47,552 nt of DNA from Candidatus Omnitrophota bacterium (GCA_022013085.1 JAKLQX010000056.1:1-47552); one strand, 5' to 3'; shown: positions 9,352 to 19,222, numbered from the stretch's first letter. Numbers and translations are program-made. Notes: generated from the letters alone by a model not told the origin.

Positions 9352-12031
9352 TTTTAATCGCTTCTAGTTTTACAATCTGCTGGTGCATATCATTCAATTT
9401 TGTTTTCTCAGTATCCACAATTTCCTTCGGTGCTCTGCCTAAGAAGTCTTTATTTGCCAGCATAGTTTCCTTATTCTTTATTTCAAACTTCAGTTTATCG
9501 ATTTTTGCCTGGTTTTTTTTGTAAATTTCTTCCGCGTCTACAATCCCCTGCAAAGGCATCACAATATGCATATTTTTAAGCACATAGGCGTATTCATTTT
9601 TCTGAACAATATATTTTTCAGAAAAAATCAAGTTTTCAATTTTGGCCAGGTTTTTTATATAAGGAATTAGTTGCTCAAGCGAATCCCGTCCCTCTTTATT
9701 TGCGGGCGTAAGTTTGATTTCAATGCGGCTGGTTAAATCAACTTCAAGCTCTTGACGCATATTTCTAATAGTATTAATAATATCAAAAGCTAGCTGCATC
9801 TGTTCTTCATCATTTTTATTGATTAACTCATTTTGTAGATGTGGCCAGGTTTGTTGCATGATAGAGCCTTTTGCCCCGGGTAACTTTTGCCAGATTTCTT
9901 CCGTGATAAAAGGCATAAACGGATGCAAAATCCTTAAATATTTTTCTAAGATTTTAAACATTACTACTTGTGTATTTTTCTCAAGTATTTGAGGCTTGGC
10001 TAATTCTATATACCAGTCGCAGAATTCATGCCAGAAGAACGCGTATAAACTATTCGCTGCTTCATTAAATTTAAAGTTGTCGAGTTCTTTTTCCACCTTT
10101 TCCAGCGTCGTGTAAAAACGGCTTAATATCCAACGGTTAAGTAAATCTAGTTTTTCTTTTTTAAAGAAGACGCATAAATCCACAGCTATGCCTTCAGGGT
10201 TAAGATTTATCAGGATAAAACGCGAGGCATTCCAGATTTTATTGGCAAAATTTCTTCCTTGTTCAAACTTTTCTTTTGATAAATATACATCCTGGCCGCA
10301 CGCGGTTATGGAGATTATGCTGAAACGTAAAGCGCAAGTACCGTATTGATTAATAATTTCAAGGGGATCGATAATATTGCCCAATGATTTGGACATTTTT
10401 TTGCCTTCAATGTCACGCACGGTGCCATGAATATAGACATCTTTAAAAGGAATCTGTTTTTTAAATTCTAACCCCGCCATAATCATACGCGCTACCCAGA
10501 AAAAAATAATTTCAGGCGCAGTTACTAAGGTGGCAGTCGGATAAAAATATTTTAGGTTAGCGTTTTCTTTAGGCCAATAAAGGGTAGCAAATGGCCAAAG
10601 CCAGCTGGAAAACCAGGTATCCAAAACATCTTCATCTTGAGTTAATTCTGTTGAGCCGCATTTAGGACATTTGTCAGGCTTAGTACGAGATACGATTACT
10701 CCCTTTTCTATTTTTGATTTTTGATTTTTGATTTTTGAATTTTCTTGGGATTTCCCTGCCTGGCATTCCTTGCAATAATAGACAGGGATACGGTGCCCCC
10801 ACCAGATTTGCCGTGAGATGCACCAATCTTGGATATTTTCCATCCAGTTTAGGTAAACTTTTTGCCAACGCTCAGGATGAAATTTGATATGCCCTTTTTT
10901 GACTGCTGCTATTGCGGGCTTTGCCAGAGGCTTCATCTTTACAAACCATTGTTTTGATAGGTATGGCTCAACTAATGTGTGACAGCGATAGCAATGCCCT
11001 GCGGAAAGTGCGTGCGGCTGGATTTTTTCCAGTAACCCTATTGATTTTAACTCTTCTATGATTATTTCTCTTGCAATAAAGCGATCAAGCCCGCAGAATT
11101 TTCCAGCTGCTGCATTCATCGTCCCGTCAGGCGAGAGCACATTAATAAACTCTAAATTGTGTTTTTTACCTAATATGTAATCGTTAGGGTCATGTGCCGG
11201 AGTAACTTTTACGGCACCCGTGCCAAATTCCATATCTACCAGGGTATCTGCAATAATTTTTATCTGCCTGTTCATTAAAGGGAGTATCAAGATTTTGCCG
11301 ATATATTTCTTGTAGCGTTTATCTTTAGGGTTGACTGCTACGGCAGTATCTCCTAGCATAGTTTCGGGCCGTGTTGTAGCAACACTGATAAATTCTTTTG
11401 GGTTATCTTTTAGAGGGTATTTTAGATAGTAGAGGCTGCCCTGGAGTTCCTTATGCGCAGCTTCTTCATCACTTAACGCAGTAAGGCATCTTGGACACCA
11501 GTTAATAATGTATGTTCCTCTATAAATTAATTTCTTTTCATAAAGCCTTACAAAAACTTCTGTAACGGCAATAGAATATTCGCAGTCCATGGTAAAGCGT
11601 TCGCGGCTCCAATCGCATGATGCGCCGAGTTTTTTTAGCTGGCGGATTATAGTTGAGCCGTAAAGTTCTTTCCACTGCCAAACTCTTTCGATAAATTTAT
11701 CTCGGCCTAAATCCTGGCGTTTTAATCCTTCTTTAGCTAATGTTTTTTCTACGACATTTTGCGTGGCAATACCAGCATGGTCAGTTCCCGGCATCCAAAG
11801 AACATTTTTCCCTTTCATTCTTTGGTAGCGGATTAAAATATCCTGGATGGTATTATTGAGGGCATGGCCCATATGCAGGGCGCCAGTTACATTAGGCGGG
11901 GGGATAACTATGCTATAGCTAGATTTATCTGAAGCGGGTTTTGCGGCAAAAAGGTTATTATCTTCCCAGTACTTATACCACTTATCTTCAATTTCTTTTG
12001 GATTATACTGCTTGGAAAGTTCTTCGCTCAT
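9338..12031 (-). CDS. valS: Valine--tRNA ligase
   Basis: 897 aa. HIGH-type motif PNVTGALHMGHA, KMSKS motif, C-terminal coiled coil. Confidence 0.97.
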   Translation of the reverse strand: MSEELSKQYNPKEIEDKWYKYWEDNNLFAAKPASDKSSYSIVIPPPNVTGALHMGHALNNTIQDILIRYQRMKGKNVLWMPGTDHAGIATQNVVEKTLAKEGLKRQDLGRDKFIERVWQWKELYGSTIIRQLKKLGASCDWSRERFTMDCEYSIAVTEVFVRLYEKKLIYRGTYIINWCPRCLTALSDEEAAHKELQGSLYYLKYPLKDNPKEFISVATTRPETMLGDTAVAVNPKDKRYKKYIGKILILPLMNRQIKIIADTLVDMEFGTGAVKVTPAHDPNDYILGKKHNLEFINVLSPDGTMNAAAGKFCGLDRFIAREIIIEELKSIGLLEKIQPHALSAGHCYRCHTLVEPYLSKQWFVKMKPLAKPAIAAVKKGHIKFHPERWQKVYLNWMENIQDWCISRQIWWGHRIPVYYCKECQAGKSQENSKIKNQKSKIEKGVIVSRTKPDKCPKCGSTELTQDEDVLDTWFSSWLWPFATLYWPKENANLKYFYPTATLVTAPEIIFFWVARMIMAGLEFKKQIPFKDVYIHGTVRDIEGKKMSKSLGNIIDPLEIINQYGTCALRFSIISITACGQDVYLSKEKFEQGRNFANKIWNASRFILINLNPEGIAVDLCVFFKKEKLDLLNRWILSRFYTTLEKVEKELDNFKFNEAANSLYAFFWHEFCDWYIELAKPQILEKNTQVVMFKILEKYLRILHPFMPFITEEIWQKLPGAKGSIMQQTWPHLQNELINKNDEEQMQLAFDIINTIRNMRQELEVDLTSRIEIKLTPANKEGRDSLEQLIPYIKNLAKIENLIFSEKYIVQKNEYAYVLKNMHIVMPLQGIVDAEEIYKKNQAKIDKLKFEIKNKETMLANKDFLGRAPKEIVDTEKTKLNDMHQQIVKLEAIKNGLR
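10711..10738 (-). repeat. Heptanucleotide tandem repeat (TCAAAAA)x4 inside valS
   Basis: Plus strand reads tttttga four times in a row. It encodes SKIKNQKSKI within the Cys-rich insertion of ValS. Confidence 0.9.
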
Positions 12032-13593
12032 TGATTGTCTTTAAGCAGCTTATACTCTACGCTGTCAACTAAAGCTTGCCAGCTGGCTTCTATTATATTT
12101 TCATGCACACCGATGGTATCCCAGATATCTAATTTATCCTGGGATTGGATTAACACGCGTACTTTTGCGGCGGTGCCTGCTTTTCCATCTAGAACGCGCA
12201 CCTTAAAGTCAGATAGGTGCATTGAAGCTAGAGTCGGGTAGAAATCCTTTAAGGCCTTGCGTAGGGCATTGTCTAATGCGTTAATCGGGCCATCGCCTTC
12301 AGCAGCAGTATGCTCTTTAACCCCTTTTACCTTTAGCTTAATCACCGCTTCAGAGGTAATTTTATTATTTGAGTGTTTTTCAATAACTACTTTAAAACCT
12401 TCTAGTTCAAAAAACTTCTTATATTTTTTTAACGACTTTTGCATTAATATCTGAAAAGATGCTTCGGCAGCTTCAAATTGAAATCCCTGATGTTCAAGCG
12501 ATTGTACTAATTCCAGTATTTTTTTAGTTTGCGGGTCTTCCTTGCTTAAATCATAGCTTAAGTCTTTTGCTCTTAGCAAGATTCCGGTTTTCCCTCCTAA
12601 TTCAGAAACTAGAATGCGTCGCCGGTTCCCCACGCAAGACGGATCAATATGTTCGTAAGACAATGGGTTTTTCATTATGGCATTAATATGCATACCGCCT
12701 TTATGGGCAAAAGCTGAATCCCCCACAAAAGGTTGTTCGTTTTTTGCGCGCATATTACTAATTTCGCTGACAAAATGCGATAGATGAGTCAGCTGTTTTA
12801 GTTTTTCATCTGAGATACAGTCAATTTTGAGCTTTAATTTTAGATTAGCAATAATGGTTATTAAATCAGCATTGCCGCAGCGTTCTCCATATCCGTTAAT
12901 GGTTCCTTGCACCATAGTTGCACCAGCCTCTACAGCTGCCAAGGAGTTAGCAACAGCTACACCTGCGTCATTATGGCAATGGATGCCCAGATCGATTTTA
13001 ATTTTACTTTTAACTTCAGTTATTACGTTTATTACTTCCGTGGTAAGTGTCCCGCCGTTAGTGTCGCATAGACAAATTGATTGGGCTCCCGCATCTTGGG
13101 CACTTAACAATGTTTTTAAAGCATAATCTTTGTTTGCTTTATAAGCGTCAAAAAAATGTTCAGCATCATAGATTACAGGTAAACCTTTTTTAACTAAGAA
13201 ATTAATCGTGTCCTTAATCATAGCTAGATTTTCATCCAATGTGGTTTTTAAGACAGCCGTTACATGAAAATCCCAGGTTTTACCAACAATGGTGATTACT
13301 TGCGCGTTAGATTTTAAAAGGGCAAGTATGTTGTTGTCTTCTTCTGCTGTGATGTTTGGCCTGCGGGTCATACTAAAAGCAGCAATTTTTGAGTTTTTAA
13401 GTTTACGTTGGCTTATTTTTAAGAAAAATTCGCGGTCTTTAGGATTTGATCCTGGCCAGCCTCCCTCGATAAAGTCAATGCCGATTTTATCTAATTCTTC
13501 GGCAATGCGGATTTTATCCATTACTGAATAAGAAATCCCTTCCCCTTGCGAACCGTCACGTAATGTGGTGTCGTATAATTCTATTCTTTCCAT
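12028..13593 (-). CDS. cimA: (R)-citramalate synthase (LeuA/CimA family)
   Basis: 521 aa. LYDTTLRDGSQ start, HCHND, and a long C-terminal regulatory domain of the Geobacter/Leptospira CimA type. Confidence 0.85.
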   Translation of the reverse strand: MERIELYDTTLRDGSQGEGISYSVMDKIRIAEELDKIGIDFIEGGWPGSNPKDREFFLKISQRKLKNSKIAAFSMTRRPNITAEEDNNILALLKSNAQVITIVGKTWDFHVTAVLKTTLDENLAMIKDTINFLVKKGLPVIYDAEHFFDAYKANKDYALKTLLSAQDAGAQSICLCDTNGGTLTTEVINVITEVKSKIKIDLGIHCHNDAGVAVANSLAAVEAGATMVQGTINGYGERCGNADLITIIANLKLKLKIDCISDEKLKQLTHLSHFVSEISNMRAKNEQPFVGDSAFAHKGGMHINAIMKNPLSYEHIDPSCVGNRRRILVSELGGKTGILLRAKDLSYDLSKEDPQTKKILELVQSLEHQGFQFEAAEASFQILMQKSLKKYKKFFELEGFKVVIEKHSNNKITSEAVIKLKVKGVKEHTAAEGDGPINALDNALRKALKDFYPTLASMHLSDFKVRVLDGKAGTAAKVRVLIQSQDKLDIWDTIGVHENIIEASWQALVDSVEYKLLKDNQ

Positions 13594-13605
13594 AGTAACC
13601 CTCGA

Positions 13606-14832
13606 TTAAAGGCTTAATCCAAACTCTGCGTGTAATTTCCTTACCGCTATTTCAGCAAATTTCTTTTTTATAATACAAGATATGCTAATATCTGAGGTAG
13701 AGATCATCTCAATATTAATTTTGTTAGCTGCCATTATCCCGAACATCTTCGCGGCAACGCCGTGATGCGATTTCATGCCCACGCCTACAATGGAAACTCG
13801 AGCAATATCTTCATTTAAGAGAACTTCGCCTGCAGCGATGTCCCGGGCTACCTTTTTAGTTATTTTGCTTGCTTTTGCGCAGTCGCTTTTAGCAATTGTA
13901 AATGATATATCAGTTAGCCGGGTATGGCTTACGTTTTGCACAATCATATCAACACTTACTTCTGCCTCGGCTAGATGCTTAAATAACCTTACGGCAATTC
14001 CAGGTTTATCAGAAACCCCGCAAAGCGTAATTTTAGCCTCGTTTTTATTTAAGGTTATTCCGCTCACTACCACATCTTCCATCTTATCTACCTCCTTGAT
14101 AATCATTGTTCCGCAACTTGTTGAAAATGAAGAACGCACATGTAAAGGTACGTTGAATTTTTTAGCTACTTCAATAGACCGCGCTTGCATAACTTGCGCG
14201 CCAAGTGAAGCCATTTCAAGCATCTCATCATAAGTGATCGCGTTAATCTTTTTTGCCTTTGGCTCAATCCGCGGGTCAGTAGTATAAATGCCTTCAACAT
14301 CAGTGTAGATTTCACAAGAATCTGCACCTAATTCTTTAGCTAAGGCTACAGCAGTCAAATCTGAACCGCCTCTGCCTAGAGTAGTTATATCTTGATTTAA
14401 AGTTACTCCCTGGAAACCGGCGACAATAACTACTTTATCTTTTTTTAATTCTGCTTTAATTTTATCGGTATTTATTTTTATAATCCTGGCGCGAGTATGG
14501 CTTGTGTCAGTAATAATGCCTACTTGGGCACCGGTAAATGAGATAGCTTCAATCCCTAATTTATGAATAGCCATAGCTAAAAGCGCGACTGATATTTGTT
14601 CTCCTGTAGAAAGCAGCATATCCATCTCACGCTCTGAAGGGTTGGTATTGATTTTATTAGCCAGCGTAATTAATTCATCGGTAGTATCACCTAAAGCAGA
14701 TACAACTACAACCAGATGATAGCCTTTTTTTCGGGTTTCAACTACCCTTTGCGCTACCTTTTGTATGCGCTCAACATTTGCTACAGATGAACCTCCATAT
14801 TTTTGCACAACTAAACCTTTATTATGCATCAC
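13606..14832 (-). CDS. lysC: Aspartate kinase
   Basis: 408 aa. VQKYGGSS motif. Two C-terminal ACT domains. Confidence 0.95.
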   Translation of the reverse strand: MMHNKGLVVQKYGGSSVANVERIQKVAQRVVETRKKGYHLVVVVSALGDTTDELITLANKINTNPSEREMDMLLSTGEQISVALLAMAIHKLGIEAISFTGAQVGIITDTSHTRARIIKINTDKIKAELKKDKVVIVAGFQGVTLNQDITTLGRGGSDLTAVALAKELGADSCEIYTDVEGIYTTDPRIEPKAKKINAITYDEMLEMASLGAQVMQARSIEVAKKFNVPLHVRSSFSTSCGTMIIKEVDKMEDVVVSGITLNKNEAKITLCGVSDKPGIAVRLFKHLAEAEVSVDMIVQNVSHTRLTDISFTIAKSDCAKASKITKKVARDIAAGEVLLNEDIARVSIVGVGMKSHHGVAAKMFGIMAANKINIEMISTSDISISCIIKKKFAEIAVRKLHAEFGLSL

Positions 14833-14841
14833 TTGTTCTCC

Positions 14842-16068
14842 TTATAAGCGCGGGGTGTTTAAGAAATAGTCCATTAATTCATACCCATTTTCAAAATAAA
14901 GTTCTGATTTTTGCGCTTCTTTCTCGCTATAATTATTAAAACCTTTAGCAATGATACCATTACCACACATTGCAAAAGGAATTGCTTCTGAGGTGTGTGT
15001 TTTTAGTGATAGCGGTGTAGCGTGATCAGGTAAAACCATAATACGAAAATCTTTTTTGTCTTTACAATATTCTAATATTGTCCCTACAACTAGCTGATCA
15101 AATCGTTCAATAGCTGTGAGTTTTTCCCGCAGATCACCATTATGCCCGGCTTCGTCAGGGGATTCTACATGTACAAAAGTAAAGTCATGTTTTCCTAGAG
15201 ATTTAATTGCCGCTTTAGCTTTCGCTTCGTAATCAGTATCATAATAACCAGTTGCCCCTATTACATTAATTACTTCCAGGCCGAGAATTCTTCCTAATCC
15301 TTTGATTAAGTCGACTGCTGATATAACGCTTCCTGATAACCCAAATTTATCTAGGAATTTAGGCATATTTGTTTTTTTGCCTTGGCCCCACAGCCAAATC
15401 ATATTGCCTGGGTTCTCTTTTAAGTCTAAGCGCACTTGATTGATCTCGTGATTGTTTAGTATTTGGCGAGAATCAAGCATAAGCTTTATAATTAAATCTG
15501 CGTTATCACCTCTAGGCAGGTTTTTACTGATACTCATCCCTGTGATATCGTGTGGCGCTTGGCAAATTAAGGACTCCAACTTTAATTCAGCTCCGCGCTT
15601 AACTAAAAGCAGGTGCCTATAGCTTACTCCGGAAAAAAATCTTAATTTATTGCTACCTAACTTTTGATCAATGAATTTGATTAATTGATCCGCTTCTTTT
15701 GATTTGATATGCCCAGAGCTATAATCAAGTAAAATATCATCACCGGCAGTAATTAAATTACAGCGGAAGACAACATCGTCGTCTTCTAACTCTATGCCCA
15801 AATTAGCGGCTTCCAAAGGCCCCCTGCCTGAATAATATTTTTTGGGGTCATATCCTAATATAGAAAGATTAGCTACGTCGGATGCGGGACTCATCTTATC
15901 GGGAATAGTTTTAGCTTGTCCTAACAAGCCGTTTTTGGCGATAAAATCCATATTCGGAGTACGCGCCGCCTCTAAAGGAGTGCGCAACTCTAACTCGGGA
16001 ATCGGGTAATCTGCCATTCCATCTGCAACTAAAACAATGTATTTAGTTTTAAACATATTTTCTCTCAA
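14842..16068 (-). CDS. Cofactor-independent phosphoglycerate mutase family protein (ApgM-like); proposed homoserine kinase subgroup by context
   Basis: 408 aa. Metalloenzyme-superfamily opening (IVLVADGMADYP) and ESPDEAGH motif. Embedded between aspartate kinase and thrC/hom. Confidence 0.8.
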   Translation of the reverse strand: MRENMFKTKYIVLVADGMADYPIPELELRTPLEAARTPNMDFIAKNGLLGQAKTIPDKMSPASDVANLSILGYDPKKYYSGRGPLEAANLGIELEDDDVVFRCNLITAGDDILLDYSSGHIKSKEADQLIKFIDQKLGSNKLRFFSGVSYRHLLLVKRGAELKLESLICQAPHDITGMSISKNLPRGDNADLIIKLMLDSRQILNNHEINQVRLDLKENPGNMIWLWGQGKKTNMPKFLDKFGLSGSVISAVDLIKGLGRILGLEVINVIGATGYYDTDYEAKAKAAIKSLGKHDFTFVHVESPDEAGHNGDLREKLTAIERFDQLVVGTILEYCKDKKDFRIMVLPDHATPLSLKTHTSEAIPFAMCGNGIIAKGFNNYSEKEAQKSELYFENGYELMDYFLNTPRL

Positions 16069-16861
16069 TTAATTTAATTAAGTTGTTAACCATTGCCGGT
16101 TTTGATAAAAATGGGCCGTATGCGTCTGTTTTATTTACTAGATATGCGCTATATTGTTTATCAAGCAAGTTGTTACCTACTGCTAAATCTAGATTAGCTG
16201 ATTTAATAAGGTTACGTGTTTTTTTAATAAGTTTCCTAGCTTTAAAGTGTGGCTCAAATTTAAAACCTACCAGAAATGCATTTGGTTTAAGCTTACGTAA
16301 ACAATTAATAATTTTAACTGTCGGTTTAAGTATAAGTTTAAGTTTTTTGCATCCTGAGCTTATTTTCTTATTATCAGAAAGCTTAGGGGCAAAATCGCTT
16401 ATTGCAGCGGATTGAATTACAATATCGAAATCTTTCTTAAGTTCGCTTTTTAATAAAGTATTTAACTCTTTAAAAAATGAAAAACGTTTTACCTTTATTT
16501 TGTTATCTAAGCTAGCGATGTTAACCGGGCCTAACAAAAGAGTAACCCTGCAGCCTTGTTGAATAAATTTTTTAGCTAACTCAATTCCAGTTTCACCGGT
16601 TGCAGTATTACTTATAACCCTTACGCTATCTATTGCCACCCAAGTGGGCCCAGAGGTTATTAAAACCTTTTTTCCTTTTAACCCAGATTTTGCAATAGCA
16701 AAATCTGCCCTTCGGGCCGCTACGCCGTAACTTGTTACGGCTAGCGGGGTTAACCCCGCCAAAGGCGGCCTTCGGCAAAATTTGCATTGCACCTTTTTGT
16801 GTATCTTTTTTCGTCGGTACGGCGGCTTCAATGCAAATTTTGGGTTAAAATTAGTATCCAA
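16049..16861 (-). CDS. coaB: Phosphopantothenate--cysteine ligase (stand-alone CoaB domain); start codon unresolved
   Basis: The conserved domain begins at LKGKKVLITSGPTWVAIDSVRVISNTATGETG. The about 60 codons upstream are the G+C-rich hairpin region and look non-homologous. The longest ORF starts with TTG. Confidence 0.75.
   Translation of the reverse strand: MDTNFNPKFALKPPYRRKKIHKKVQCKFCRRPPLAGLTPLAVTSYGVAARRADFAIAKSGLKGKKVLITSGPTWVAIDSVRVISNTATGETGIELAKKFIQQGCRVTLLLGPVNIASLDNKIKVKRFSFFKELNTLLKSELKKDFDIVIQSAAISDFAPKLSDNKKISSGCKKLKLILKPTVKIINCLRKLKPNAFLVGFKFEPHFKARKLIKKTRNLIKSANLDLAVGNNLLDKQYSAYLVNKTDAYGPFLSKPAMVNNLIKLIERKYV
16684..16837 (-). other. G+C-rich chain of overlapping hairpins at the thrC/coaB junction
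   Basis: Hairpins seen: CAGATTTTGC-AATA-GCAAAATCTG; GCCC-TTC-GGGC; CCGCTA(C)GCCGTAAC-TT-GTTACGGCTAGCGG; GCGGGGTTAACCCCGC; CCGCC-AAA-GGCGG; GCC-TTC-GGC; and outer TTTGCATTG...CAATGCAAA. The 16707..16776 core is about two-thirds G+C by hand count. Confidence 0.7.
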
Positions 16862-17921
16862 TCTCTTTTAATATCGTTTTAATATTAGGCCTAAGTAGTT
16901 TTGGTTTTTTTACGCTTTTTATGGCTCTTTCAGGATCCTTCAAACCATGGCCGGTTAATATACACACAATTTTACATTTGTTAGTAGTATTAATTTTTCT
17001 AAAATATCCGTTTTTGATTAATTTTAATAGTCCAGCAATGGATGCCGCTGAGGCTGGTTCAGCAAAAATACCTTCTTTTTGCGCCAGAATTTTATAGGCT
17101 TCTAATATTTGGTTATCTGTTACTATATCGATTAGCCCATTAGATTCATCACGTGCCTCTAGCGCACTTTTCCAGCTAGCTGGGTTTCCTATTTGAATGG
17201 CGGTGGCAATTGTTTTAGGATCCTTAATAGGTTTATTTTTTACTATGGGACAAGCGCCTTCTGCTTGAAAACCTAGCATACTAGGAAGTTTCTTGCTGAG
17301 CCCTCCTGTTTTGTATTCTTTATATCCTTTCCAATAAGCAGTGATATTTCCTGCGTTTCCTACTGGCATAATTTGGAAATCTGGAGCATCTCCAAGGTAA
17401 TCGCATATTTCAAAACTACCGGTTTTTTGTCCTTCGATGCGAAAAGGATTAAGGGAGTTAACAAGAGTTACTGGGTATTTTAAACTAATCTCTTTAGCTA
17501 ATTCTAAGGCCGTATCAAAATTTCCGCTTATTGCCAAGACTTCTGCTCCGTGGATTAATGCCTGGCTAAGTTTTCCTAGCGCAATTGCGCCGCTAGGAAT
17601 AAGCACAATACATTTTATGCCGCCGCGAGCCGAATATGCCGCAGCAGATGCAGAAGTATTACCCGTTGATGCGCAGATAACCGCGGTAGCTTTTTCTTCA
17701 CAAGCCTTGGATATAGCTAAGGTCATTCCGCGGTCTTTAAATGAACCTGTAGGGTTAGCTCCTTCGCATTTTAGATATATCTCGAAGTTCTCACCGGCCA
17801 ATTTACTCAAATAACTGGCAAAAACCAAGGGGGTATTGCCTTCATTTAAAGTAATTATTGGGGTTGCTTGCCCGACGGGTAAATATTTTTTATATTTTTC
17901 AATTATACCATAGTTTTTCAT
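16851..17921 (-). CDS. thrC: Threonine synthase
   Basis: 356 aa. PLP-lysine motif GSFKDRG. Confidence 0.95.
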   Translation of the reverse strand: MKNYGIIEKYKKYLPVGQATPIITLNEGNTPLVFASYLSKLAGENFEIYLKCEGANPTGSFKDRGMTLAISKACEEKATAVICASTGNTSASAAAYSARGGIKCIVLIPSGAIALGKLSQALIHGAEVLAISGNFDTALELAKEISLKYPVTLVNSLNPFRIEGQKTGSFEICDYLGDAPDFQIMPVGNAGNITAYWKGYKEYKTGGLSKKLPSMLGFQAEGACPIVKNKPIKDPKTIATAIQIGNPASWKSALEARDESNGLIDIVTDNQILEAYKILAQKEGIFAEPASAASIAGLLKLIKNGYFRKINTTNKCKIVCILTGHGLKDPERAIKSVKKPKLLRPNIKTILKEIGY

Positions 17922-17926
17922 CTTTA

Positions 17927-19222
17927 CTAAACGCCCTCAATTCTTATAGCTATGGATTTTTCCTTAATATCGGTTAATTTATCAATCATCTTTAAGGCGC
18001 TGCGCAGGCTTTTTTCTTTTGCCTGGTGGGTGATCATAACTACTGGGACAACCTGTGATTTTAATTTCTCTTTTTGTGTTACGGAAGCAATACTAATGCC
18101 GTATTTTGCCAAAATTCCTGATATCTTAGCTAATACACCAGGTTTATCTATTGCCATAATACGTATATAGTATTTATTTTCAAATTCATCTATTTTGCGT
18201 AAACCTTTAATTAAATTATCTTCTACCGTATTTAAGGTCGGACGGAATAGGCCAGCTTTTATATCTTGAGTAAGGTCAACTATATCAGAAACAACCGCTG
18301 AAGCAGCAGATAATTGGCCTGCTCCTGGCCCGTAAAACATAAGATCGCCTGCTAAGTCGCTGGATACATAAATAGCATTAAAAACTCCGTCTACTGAAGC
18401 CAACAGGTGTTCTTGTGGCAAGAAAGTTGGGTGTACTCGAACTTCCAGTTCATTGCCTTCTTTTTTTGCAATAGCAAGTAGCTTTATTGTGTATCCTAAC
18501 TCTTTGGCGTAATTTATATCTGCTAAGGATATATGAGATATGCCTTCAATAAATATATCCTTAAGGTTGACTATTCTTCCAAATGCTAAGTAAGTTAGTA
18601 GTACTAATTTATGCGCTGAGTCAATGCCTTGAATATCTAAGCTGGGGTCTTTTTCGGCAAAACCCTTTGCTTGCGCCGCGCTGAGGGCAGTTGAGAAGGT
18701 GCAGTTTTCATCAGACATTTGCGTAAGCACGTAGTTTGACGTGCCGTTAACAATTCCAAAGACACAACTAAATTTATTAGCTATCAAACCTTCTCTGATT
18801 GATTTTATTATCGGTATTCCCGCCCCTACTGAAGCCTCAAAGTAAATATTCTTGCCTCTTTCGGATGCTTCCGCAAATAACTCTAAGCCATGCTCAGCAA
18901 GCAAAGCTTTGTTTGCGGTAACTACATGTTTTCCCTTCTTTAAAGCGCTTAATATATAATCTTTCGCGAGGGTAGTCCCTCCCATTAATTCTACAACAAT
19001 ATCAATCGCCGGGTCGTTAAGAACTAAATTGGCATCACTGGTCAGTAAAGATTTATCTATCAAAACATCTCTTTTTTTTGTAGTATCTTTATCGCAGATT
19101 TTTTTTATAGCGATTTCAATCCCGATTTTTTGAGCAAGAAAAGCCTTTCTTTGTTGAAGGATTTTTATGACCCCACATCCTACATTACCGAAACCAATTA
19201 GGCCGATATTTATTTTCTTCAC
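17927..19222 (-). CDS. hom: Homoserine dehydrogenase
   Basis: 431 aa. GFGNVG Rossmann motif, C-terminal ACT domain. GTG start. Confidence 0.95.
   Translation of the reverse strand: MKKINIGLIGFGNVGCGVIKILQQRKAFLAQKIGIEIAIKKICDKDTTKKRDVLIDKSLLTSDANLVLNDPAIDIVVELMGGTTLAKDYILSALKKGKHVVTANKALLAEHGLELFAEASERGKNIYFEASVGAGIPIIKSIREGLIANKFSCVFGIVNGTSNYVLTQMSDENCTFSTALSAAQAKGFAEKDPSLDIQGIDSAHKLVLLTYLAFGRIVNLKDIFIEGISHISLADINYAKELGYTIKLLAIAKKEGNELEVRVHPTFLPQEHLLASVDGVFNAIYVSSDLAGDLMFYGPGAGQLSAASAVVSDIVDLTQDIKAGLFRPTLNTVEDNLIKGLRKIDEFENKYYIRIMAIDKPGVLAKISGILAKYGISIASVTQKEKLKSQVVPVVMITHQAKEKSLRSALKMIDKLTDIKEKSIAIRIEGV

Noticed and set aside
10680-10868. 62-aa minus-strand ORF in an alternative frame of valS
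   Set aside because: It lies entirely inside valS and owes its openness to the A-rich heptamer repeat. No independent start signals are present.
16680-16861. The first about 60 codons of the coaB ORF as genuine conserved CoaB sequence, including a CKFC zinc-like motif
   Set aside because: The region is a stack of nucleotide palindromes with atypical composition. The amino-acid string looks like a by-product of that structure, and CoaB homology begins only at LKGKKVLITSGPT.
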